NCBI GenBank assembly: GCA_965198225.1
Contig: CBDAOY010000004.1
Span: forward strand, 437,102 to 501,101
Reading direction: 5' to 3'
DNA length: 64,000 bases
From: Terriglobia bacterium
GTDB lineage: Bacteria > Acidobacteriota > Terriglobia > 20CM-2-55-15
Shown one piece after another: positions 1 through 8,093 of the stretch; the stretch's first letter is position 1, and each line of letters starts with the position of its first letter. Made by a program: the position numbers and the translations under genes. Under the pieces are notes generated by a model. It saw nothing but the letters and a program-made list of their open reading frames with translations, searched no databases and had not been told where the DNA came from.

Positions 1-1099
1 CGAACCGCCCCTCCTCCAGACGGGCGACGAGATCTTCCCTCCGGCAAGAGGTCTTCAAAAGCTCCGCGAAGGAAACAATCACCTGGTCGCTGCCTGAGTG
101 ACCGAACTTTTCATTGAGGTGCTCGAACTCGTCCAGGTCGACGAGGACGAGCGTCAGCGGTTGCTTCCACCGACGCGCGAAGGAGGTGGCCCGGACGAGC
201 TCGTCTTCCAGCGCCTTCCCGTTTGCCAGCCCCGTAAGCGGATCACTGCGCATCAGCTGCTTGAGGGAATGCTCCGCCTCCGAGAGCTGTTCGGTCATCG
301 CATTACGCTCGCTCAAGTCGTGGACGAAGGCATTGAAAAAACGGTTTTCTCCGTGGCGGCAGGGCCAGATGGTCAGTTCCGCCGGGAATTCCTGCCCATT
401 GCGTCGGAGTCCGGTTATGTTGGCGTTCAGGACGACCTGAGTCGCCTGGGTTTCGAGGAGTTGGCCGAATCCCTTGTTGTGTCCCTCTCGCCTGTTTTCC
501 GGGATCAGAGTCTCGGCGAGGTCTTTGCCGATGATCTCGTCCCTGGGCCAGCCGAAGGTGGTCGCGGCCTGGAGGTTCCAATCCCGTATCTTGCCGGTCA
601 TGTCGATCGAAAGGAAAGCGTCTCTGGCCCTTTCGACGACCTGCCTGCTTTGCTCGCGCTGTTCCTTCAGGTCGTTTTGGCGCGCCTTCTGCTCGGTGAT
701 GTCCGTGATGAAACCCTCGAGGACATGGGGGTAGGCCGACTTGTCCGAAATCACACGGCCATCTTCGATGACCCATTTCTCGACCCCGCCGGGCAATGCC
801 AGCCGGTAGACGGACTGGAAGGGTTTCCGGTCTGTGGTCGCTGTCCGGACCGCTTTCGACACCTCGGCGAGGTCGTCGGAGAGGATCAGGTGGCCCCAGG
901 TCACCTTGCGATTGCCGACCAGGTCTTCGGGCGAATGGCCCAGGAGTGCCAACGCACCGCGGCTGACGTAGTCCATCGTCCAGTCGCCATCCCATGTGCA
1001 CCGGTAGGCCATTCCCGGCAGATGGTCCAGGAGGCTGCTGTCGGCAGAATCAGCCAAAATACTGACACCGGAGTCGTCGTCGTGCCTTGGATTCTCCAT
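1..1099 (-). CDS. PAS-PAS-GGDEF protein with degenerate active site (3' end runs off the window)
   Basis: Manual translation from ATG at 1099 (GGAGG RBS upstream): MENPRHDD..LPGMAYRC..WTMDYVS (PAS), a second PAS, then DPLTGLAN..LVLVDLDEF..NEKFGH..RREDLVARLEEGRF. Absent from the ORF track because no stop lies inside the window. Confidence 0.9.
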   Translation of the reverse strand, partial: MENPRHDDDSGVSILADSADSSLLDHLPGMAYRCTWDGDWTMDYVSRGALALLGHSPEDLVGNRKVTWGHLILSDDLAEVSKAVRTATTDRKPFQSVYRLALPGGVEKWVIEDGRVISDKSAYPHVLEGFITDITEQKARQNDLKEQREQSRQVVERARDAFLSIDMTGKIRDWNLQAATTFGWPRDEIIGKDLAETLIPENRREGHNKGFGQLLETQATQVVLNANITGLRRNGQEFPAELTIWPCRHGENRFFNAFVHDLSERNAMTEQLSEAEHSLKQLMRSDPLTGLANGKALEDELVRATSFARRWKQPLTLVLVDLDEFEHLNEKFGHSGSDQVIVSFAELLKTSCRREDLVARLEEGRF

Positions 1100-1244
1100 T
1101 TGGCCCTCCGTAAACCGCTGCTCCTGAATAAGCTTACGTTCAGCGTGCCGTCATTTCACACAGCACTGAAGCAATTGCGATACCAGGCATAGAGTGCCGA
1201 TCGTGACCCAGAGCAGAAAGGTCCCACGAGAGAGCCACGGTGAG

Positions 1245-1270
1245 GGGGACAGGGGCCCGGCCCTGTCCCC
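1245..1270. repeat. REP-like palindrome family B (GGGGACAGGG..CCCTGTCCCC)
   Basis: Hairpin visible; the same motif recurs three times at 20491-20700. Confidence 0.7.
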
Positions 1271-1309
1271 GGAGCGTCCGCTGGTGACCGGTCTCTTCTC
1301 GGGTGAACT

Positions 1310-1461
1310 ATTGCAAATTGGTCAATGGACAAATCCGCATTTCAGGTTGGAGATTGCTCCATTGGTGATCGTTCGGAGGGTCGGTGGAAGAAATTTGAAA
1401 TGAACCAATCTCCAAATGACCAACCTGCAATGTGGATTGTTCAAATACTGCAATTTGCAAT
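1310..1461. repeat. Long imperfect intergenic inverted repeat
   Basis: ATTGCAAATTG..ATCCGCATTTCAGGTTGG (1310-1350) pairs with CCAACCTGCAATGTGGAT..CAATTTGCAAT (1420-1461). Confidence 0.65.
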
Positions 1462-1497
1462 CTGGCGGCCCATTCCGTTTCACGAACATGGTGGCTC

Positions 1498-2334
1498 CTA
1501 AGGTTCTGGAAACCAACTCCCCACGGAGGACAGGGATTCGTGGTCCGTCTGGTCCAACTGCATCGGCGTGACGGCGATGTATCCGTCTTCCATCACATCC
1601 CAGTCGGTACCCGATTCGATGTCGGCAGCCGGCGCGAGGCCGGGCCAGAAGAAGCGCTGACCGCCGGGTGTCCGTCCTTCGTTGAAAGTGAAGCGCAGAG
1701 GCAGCGTTTTGCTGAGCGGCACAACGCGGGCTCCCTTGATCTGGTCGGCGCGGAGGGCGGGGTAGTTGACCGAGATGAAGCTGCCGACCTGCAAGCCGTT
1801 TTCCAGGTACTGGCGAACAAGCGTCGCAGTGAATCGTGCTGCGCCTTCGTAGTCCATCGTCGGGCCGTTCTCGACGGACATCGCGATCGCGGGGATCCCG
1901 TAGAACGTCGCCTCCCGGGCCGCGCCCAGCGTCCCGGAAATGTGGGTGATCGGTCCGAGGTTCTGGCCGGAGTTGCTGCCCGACACCACGATGTCGGGCG
2001 CCTCGTCCAGGAGCTCTTGCAGCGCGAGCCGGACCGAATCGGAGGGCTTCCCGCCGACCGCGTGCCAGTCCGAGCCGTGCTCGTCGGTTCTCGAGTTGAC
2101 GTAGATCGGGTTGTTGCCGAGCGTTACGGCGTGGCCGATTCCGCTCTGATTCACTGCCGGCGCACTGACGGTGACGCGGCCTATTTCCCGGAGCGCTTCG
2201 TACATGGCCCGGATTCCGTCCGTATCGATGCCGTCGTCGTTGGTCAGGAGAATGTGGGGCCGCTCCCGCTCCTGGCCGCGTCCGATGGCCGGAAACAGAA
2301 GCACCAGTGCCAGTACCAGAGAGATCTTCCTCAT
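1498..2334 (-). CDS. surE: 5'/3'-nucleotidase SurE, with signal peptide
   Basis: HILLTNDDG, SAPAVNQSG, VVSGSNSGQN and SGTLGAAREA motifs; hydrophobic N-terminal signal. Confidence 0.93.
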   Translation of the reverse strand: MRKISLVLALVLLFPAIGRGQERERPHILLTNDDGIDTDGIRAMYEALREIGRVTVSAPAVNQSGIGHAVTLGNNPIYVNSRTDEHGSDWHAVGGKPSDSVRLALQELLDEAPDIVVSGSNSGQNLGPITHISGTLGAAREATFYGIPAIAMSVENGPTMDYEGAARFTATLVRQYLENGLQVGSFISVNYPALRADQIKGARVVPLSKTLPLRFTFNEGRTPGGQRFFWPGLAPAADIESGTDWDVMEDGYIAVTPMQLDQTDHESLSSVGSWFPEP

Positions 2335-2557
2335 CGATTCGCCTCGCTTGAGAACGCGGTTTGATCCGCCGTCCTGGATTGAACGATTCTACCAGTCGGT
2401 AGGAGTCGGCGTAACCAGAGGGCCTCCGGTGCTGCTACAACTTCCGAGAACATACCAGTCCGAGTTCGCTGAGCGGTTCGGAGGCGCTCGTAGACGGTGT
2501 CGAAGTCTGGCGAACGGTTTTCCTGCGCCGATTTGCCCTTTAATCCCCTAATCAGAC

Positions 2558-2586
2558 TTGACAATATACAGACCGATCGGTATAGT
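2558..2586 (+). promoter_or_regulatory. Sigma70 promoter overlapped by a palindromic TetR-type operator
   Basis: TTGACA-17 nt-TATAGT; the ACCGATCGGT palindrome overlaps the spacer and -10. Confidence 0.8.
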
Positions 2587-2619
2587 CAGCATGTCGCATG
2601 GGCGACGGAAGGGGATTGG

Positions 2620-3219
2620 ATGATGAGCGAAACACCCGGCAGCAAGCAACGAATGGTCGCCAAGGCCGCCGAGCTTTTCAGAAAGCAGGGTTACAGCGGA
2701 ACCGGCCTGAAACAGATCGTGGAAGAGAGCGGTACGCCCAAAGGCTCGTTGTATTTTCATTTTCCTGGAGGGAAAGAGGAACTTGCGATTGCAGCCGTGA
2801 AATACGCCTGTGCAGTCCGGATGGGAGCAATGCAGGAGGCGTTCGACGAGGCCTCGAGTGCCATCGATGCAGTGGCTTCCCTGGTCCGGTCGTCTCGAGA
2901 CGGCCTGGTCGCTTCGAGGTTCGAGGACGGTTGCCCTATCGCGACGGTCGTGCTCGAAACGGCCGCCACGTCGGATCCGCTGCAGGAAACGTGTTCGAAA
3001 TCATGGCGGACCTGGGAGGCACTGTTCCAGGAGCGGCTGAGGGAGGAGGGACACGACCAGAGGCGCGCGAAACGCCTGGCAACAGTCGCTCTGGCATTGA
3101 TGGAAGGCGGCATGCTTCTCAGCCGGGCTTACCGGAGTACCGAGCCGCTGGATGTGGTTCAGGAGGAGGTTGAGAACATTCTGGAAGTCGAACAACCACG
3201 TGAAAGGAGAAAACGATGA
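2620..3219 (+). CDS. TetR/AcrR regulator (LmrA/YxaF-like)
   Basis: AAELFRKQGYSGTGLKQIVEESGTPKGSLYFHFPGGKEEL HTH; GCPIATVVLE motif. Confidence 0.92.
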   Translation: MMSETPGSKQRMVAKAAELFRKQGYSGTGLKQIVEESGTPKGSLYFHFPGGKEELAIAAVKYACAVRMGAMQEAFDEASSAIDAVASLVRSSRDGLVASRFEDGCPIATVVLETAATSDPLQETCSKSWRTWEALFQERLREEGHDQRRAKRLATVALALMEGGMLLSRAYRSTEPLDVVQEEVENILEVEQPRERRKR

Positions 3220-3545
3220 GTGATCAACTGAGGGAATTGACCGACAACAACCTGGAGGACCAGCTTCTCCAGAACGACAAACCAGTGCTCGTCGATTTCT
3301 GGGCCCCTTGGTGCGGCCCCTGTAGGGCCATCGCGCCTACGTTGGAGGAACTCGGAGCGAGCTACTCCGAGCGCGCGACGATCGGAAAGCTCAATGTCGA
3401 CGAGAACCCGACGACGGCATCCCGCTTCGCGGTCCAGGCCATTCCTACGCTGATACTGTTCAAGGGTGGCGAGGAGAAGGAGCGCCTGGTGGGTGCACAA
3501 TCCAAAGCGGTGATTTCGGAGCTACTGGATCGCTACGCCGCGTGA
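3216..3545 (+). CDS. trxA: Thioredoxin
   Basis: VDFWAPWCGPC active site; ATGA overlap with tetR. Confidence 0.95.
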   Translation: MSDQLRELTDNNLEDQLLQNDKPVLVDFWAPWCGPCRAIAPTLEELGASYSERATIGKLNVDENPTTASRFAVQAIPTLILFKGGEEKERLVGAQSKAVISELLDRYAA

Positions 3546-3618
3546 ATCAGTCCGGTCGCTATAACGACCGGTCTAACTAGGTTAGGTGCGCTATATGAGT
3601 GCACAAATATCCGCCTAG

Positions 3619-5155
3619 GAGTCTGCGCGGCAGAAGGACCGGAATTGGGCGGATAAAGATCGAAGATATGTCATGGCACGAACCTATCGGACTTATAGCC
3701 CAGAACAAACACTGCTGATGCCACCGTCGTTGAGAGATTGGTTGGCCGAAGATCACCTGTCGTACTTCATATCGGACGCGGTGGACGCGATGGATTTGAG
3801 CGCGTTCGAACAGCGGTATGGAACCGAGGGTCCGGGCAATCAGGCGTTTGATCCGCGGATGATGGTGAAGGTGCTGATTTATGGGTACGCGACCGGAGTG
3901 TTCTCGTCCAGGAAGATCGCGGCGAAGTTGACCGACGACGTAGCGTTCCGGATGTTGGGAGCGGAGAACTTTCCGGCGCACCGAACGATCTCGGATTTTC
4001 GCAAACTGCATCTTGAGGAGTTCGGAAACCTGTTTGTGCAAGTGGTGATGATGGCGCGGGAAGCGGGACTGGTGAAGATGGGAACCGTGGCGGTGGACGG
4101 GACCAAGATGCGGGCGAATGCAAGCAAACGCAAAGCGATGAGCTACGAACGCATGAAAAAGCAGGAGACCGAATTGGGTGAACAGATTCGGGATCTGTTG
4201 AACCGGGCCGAGGCGACCGATGAGGACGAAGACGAGCGATACGGCAAGGACCGGCGCGGAGACGAACTGCCCGACGGGTTGGCCACGCGCAAGAAGCGCC
4301 TGGCCACGATACAGGCGGCCATGAAGCGGCTCGAAGAACGTCAGATGGCCGCGGACAAGGAAGCGGGACGGAACACCAAAGATCACAAACCCGGATGCGG
4401 AAAGAAGCCATTCAAACGTCCCATGGGGGAACCTAAACCCACGGCCCAGGACAACTTCACCGACCCGGAAAGCCGGATGATGAAGACCTCCACCGAAGGG
4501 TTCCAGCAATGCTACAACGCGCAAGCGGTGGTGGATTCCCAGGCCCGGATCATCGTGGCAACAACGGTGACTGACAATGCATCGGATGTGGGGCAGTTGG
4601 AACCCACGCTGGATGCGTTGAGCGACAATCTGGGGGAGCGTCCCGACCGCGTGCTGGCCGATGCGGGATATCGATCCGAGTCAAATCTGGGGATGTTGGA
4701 ACAACGTCAGATTGACGGGTATGTTGCGATGGGTCGCGAGAAGGATCTCGCCCGTGCCCCACTCCCACCCAAAGACACCGCTGTTGGTCGGATGATGAGA
4801 AAGATGAAAACCAAGCGTGGGCGTGACCGCTACCGGGCCCGAAAGCACATTGGTGAGCCGCCCTTCGGGTGGATCAAGTCGGTGCTCGGATTCCGACAGT
4901 TCAGTCTACGCGGTTTGGACAAAGTGACCGGGGAGTGGAATCTGGTCACTCTGGCGGTGAACTTACGACGGATGAACGGGAAGATCGAATGGGCATAATC
5001 CGGAAAACCGCAACCCGGCAGACCCGATACACGGCCAATTACGGGTGTCCGTACAACTCTGAACTCGTCGTATCGGAAGAATCGGTCGATTCTCCTCCGA
5101 AGACCCTCTCAAATCCCAATCAGTCCGAGTTCTTTGCGCTCTGCCGCGCAGACTC
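3619..5155 (+). mobile_element. IS1182-family insertion sequence
   Basis: Perfect 16-bp terminal IR GAGTCTGCGCGGCAGA (3619-3634) / TCTGCCGCGCAGACTC (5140-5155); flanks CTAG and TTAG. Confidence 0.88.
3673..4998 (+). CDS. IS1182-family DDE transposase
   Basis: DUF772-like N-terminus (FDPRMMVKVLIYGY..SSRKI), VAVDGTKM, LADAGY, EPPFGWIK..GFRQFSLRG. Confidence 0.92.
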   Translation: MARTYRTYSPEQTLLMPPSLRDWLAEDHLSYFISDAVDAMDLSAFEQRYGTEGPGNQAFDPRMMVKVLIYGYATGVFSSRKIAAKLTDDVAFRMLGAENFPAHRTISDFRKLHLEEFGNLFVQVVMMAREAGLVKMGTVAVDGTKMRANASKRKAMSYERMKKQETELGEQIRDLLNRAEATDEDEDERYGKDRRGDELPDGLATRKKRLATIQAAMKRLEERQMAADKEAGRNTKDHKPGCGKKPFKRPMGEPKPTAQDNFTDPESRMMKTSTEGFQQCYNAQAVVDSQARIIVATTVTDNASDVGQLEPTLDALSDNLGERPDRVLADAGYRSESNLGMLEQRQIDGYVAMGREKDLARAPLPPKDTAVGRMMRKMKTKRGRDRYRARKHIGEPPFGWIKSVLGFRQFSLRGLDKVTGEWNLVTLAVNLRRMNGKIEWA

Positions 5156-5168
5156 TTAGCCCCGAAGT

Positions 5169-5193
5169 TGTGCGGTCATAGACCGCACCTACA
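5169..5193. repeat. REP family A arm (partner arm at 3583-3605, separated by the IS)
   Basis: TGTGCGGTCATAGACCGCACCTACA. Confidence 0.8.
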
Positions 5194-5211
5194 GGCAGTT
5201 CAGTCTCCGTT

Positions 5212-7924
5212 TCAAAAACTGAAACGGAGACTGAACTGCACATTCCGCCCGTCATTCTGCGTGTTCGTGATCTGTCCGAAGGATTCTGCCGCCATTCGCT
5301 CGCTGGGGGGTGAAAACTGCGGATGGTTGAAGGCGTTGATGAATTCGGTTCGGAATAACAGCGTCTGGTCCCCGGACAGAGCGAACGTCCGGCTGATTGC
5401 GAGATTGAAGTTCATCGTGCCGTCTTTCCGGAACGAGTTACGCGCGAGGTTGCCGTAGCCGTCCCTGAAGGGGGCTTCCATGTCGAATGCGTCCCGCCGG
5501 AGTATCGCCAGCGCCGTGTCCGGATTGTCGACGCTGGCGCCCAGGATGCTGGTATCCAGGATCGATGGCCTGTCGCCGCGCTCGCCGTCGCCGTTCCCGA
5601 ACGGCGGAGCGTCGGTTCCCGTCTGGATGGTGAACGGCGTTCCGTCCTTGAGGATCGTCATCCCGGAAACTGCCCATCCCCGCAGGAAACCGCCGGGCAG
5701 CTGAAAGGTGTATCCCAACTGCAGGCTGTGCGGTGCGTCGAAGCTGCTTCGGGCCTTCAGGTCCTGGAAAGCCATCGATTCGACCTGGGCATAGCGCTCC
5801 TGTCGGTTTGTTCCGGGGTTGGAAAAATTAGAGCCCGTGTCCAGAGCCTTGCTCCACGTGTAGGTTGCGCGTATCGCGAGGCCTCGGCTGAAGACCTTGT
5901 CGACGGAGAGCTGTGCGGCGTCGAAATAGCCCCGAGCCTGGTTGGTCATGCGCGCGATCGAGAAGAAGCGGTCGTCGGCCCTCCGGAGATTGGTTGTCTT
6001 CGTCACGAGGGGAATGCCCTCGACGCGCTCCGCGCGATTCTCGCGCACGATTCGGAACAGCTTCCATGTCCGGTTCCCGATGTAAGTGGCCTTCACCCTG
6101 AGATCGGCGAACAGCTCCCTTTCGAATTCGAGGGTGAACTGGTGGGAATAGGGGGTCACCAGTTCCGGGTCCATCACGTTCAATCCTGATCGGGGTGTTT
6201 CTCCTGGCTCCTGGACGAAATCCTTCAGCGGGTCCAGTAAATCGGGCGACTGCTGCACCACCCGGAAGATCTGGGGTGGATTCAGCCGGGCCGGCCGAAA
6301 CGTAGCGGCAAACACCGATCCATAGGAGATGCCATACCCGGCCCGGATCACCGTGGCGCCGCGATTCCAGGCCAGCCCGACGCGCGGGGCGAAGTTATTT
6401 GTGTCGGAGCCCTGTGGGAAATCGGTGAGCTGGTTCACCTCTGACGGCTTGCCTGCGAATTCGTAACGGAGACCCACGGTGAGGTGCAGGTCGGGCCGGA
6501 CACGGATGCGGTCGTTCACGAAGACGCTGAAATCGGTTTGCCGGAATCCGCGGTAGAGTTCGCCCAGTATGACCGTGTAACGCGTCGATCGCCCGGCTAG
6601 AAAGTTGTCGATTGCGGATCGGCCGAAATTTGCGTCGAACCCGAATGTGCCCCTGGCGCCGTCGGCCTGAAACTCGTTGAGTTGTGTCCGTTGAACCTCG
6701 CCCCCCCCAATCCAGCACATGGCGATCAAAGGTCGTAGTCCCCTGAACGAGATACTCGAAATCATTGCTCACGCGCAGGATCGGCAACTGGAAAGAAGGT
6801 CCCAGGAATGCGAGTCCGGAGATGTATATGAACGGCCCGACTGCCGCAGGCGGGATCACGACGTGTACCTTCCGTCGCAGGAAATTGAAGCCGGCCCGCA
6901 GATGGCTGCGGTCGCCGAGCTGTTGATCCAGAGCCAGGTTGAGCGTTTGGGGACGCAGGCGCTGGTCTGGATTCTGACCACCCACGAGTTCGAAACCGTC
7001 GATGAAATTGTCTCCGAACGAGTAACGCGTCGAAAAGAGCTGCCGGGACGTACGTGCCCAGTCCAGCCGAAAGCTCCCCCCACTGTTCCGGACGATCTGG
7101 ATCGCGTTCGTGTTCAGCAGCCGCTGGTCGATTTCCGTCCTGTTGGGAACTTGGTCCGGGAAAGCGGCCAGCCACTTCTGGACCAGAGCCCGGACTTCGG
7201 GATCTCTCGCCGTTGAAACACGTTCGTTCGGCAGCGGGACGAGCACGTTGTCGTTCACGAATCCCGATTCCCGGGTTTCCTCTCCCGTGACGAGGAACGA
7301 AAGATTGTTCGCCCCCAGCGGTCCGCCGAACCGGAATCCATACTGATTCCGTCGCGACGGCAGAACGCTGCCGACTTGAAAGAACGTGCGAGCGTTCAGC
7401 CGGCTGTTGTTGTGGGTTCCGTACAGTTCCCCGTGGTAGCTGTCCTGCCGGTCGCTGCGGACGATCCGCGGGCCGGGTCCCACGCCGCCGAATTCGGCGG
7501 CATAGTTCTGGCGTGTCGCGGAAAATTCGGTCACGGGGCTGACCTGAGCGCCCTGGCGGTCGAGTGACTCTATCAGGGCCTGCGTGTCGACAAGGTTGAT
7601 CTGGATATTCTGGTTGCGGCGTGCACCTTCTGCCTGCTGTTCCTGGGATGCTTCAACCGATTCCGGGCTGACATCAATTTCGACCGACTCCGTCAGCGGG
7701 ACCACGACGTCTGCAATGGATGCGACCACGGTCTCGCGGACCAGCGCGCGGACGGTGTAGGTGCCGTCGGGCAAGTCTTCAAACGCATACTCACCCGGCT
7801 CGGATGCGGCCATCTGGACGACGACCTCACCCGCACTGTCCTGGATAACGAGGCGAAGATCGTCCACGCTCTCGCCGACGTGGACGGTCAGGCTGACCGC
7901 GAATGCAAGGAATAAACCAATCAT
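5212..7924 (-). pseudogene. Oar-like/carboxypeptidase-regulatory-domain TonB-dependent receptor, paralog 1, frameshifted in a G8 tract
   Basis: ORFs 6395-7924 and 5212-6765 match the N- and C-halves of the two intact paralogs. The junction is the C8 run at 6701-6708; G7 would restore LDWGGEVQR. Ends in FSF. Confidence 0.85.
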
Positions 7925-7981
7925 CGACGTAATGATATTCCAGGAAGGGGTTTCCAGAGAAGCGCTGAAATACCGGGGACG

Positions 7982-8091
7982 TGTAGGTGCGGTCTATGAC
8001 CGCACAGTCTTCGAACCGCAGCAATGTGCGCTCTATGAGCGCACAAATGCTTCCAGAACCAGGAGTTGTGCGGTCATAGACCGCACCTACA
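7982..8091. repeat. REPIN (family A, three palindromic units)
   Basis: TGTAGGTGCGGTCTATGACCGCACA ... TGTGCGCTCTATGAGCGCACA ... TGTGCGGTCATAGACCGCACCTACA. Confidence 0.85.
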
Positions 8092-8093
8092 CT

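Noticed and set aside
98-1192. 364-aa plus-strand ORF
   Set aside because: Antisense shadow of the minus-strand PAS-GGDEF gene; no motifs of its own.
7982-8091. Repeats with short spacers resembling a mini CRISPR array
   Set aside because: Units are inverted, dispersed and irregularly spaced, with no cas genes; REPIN architecture fits better.
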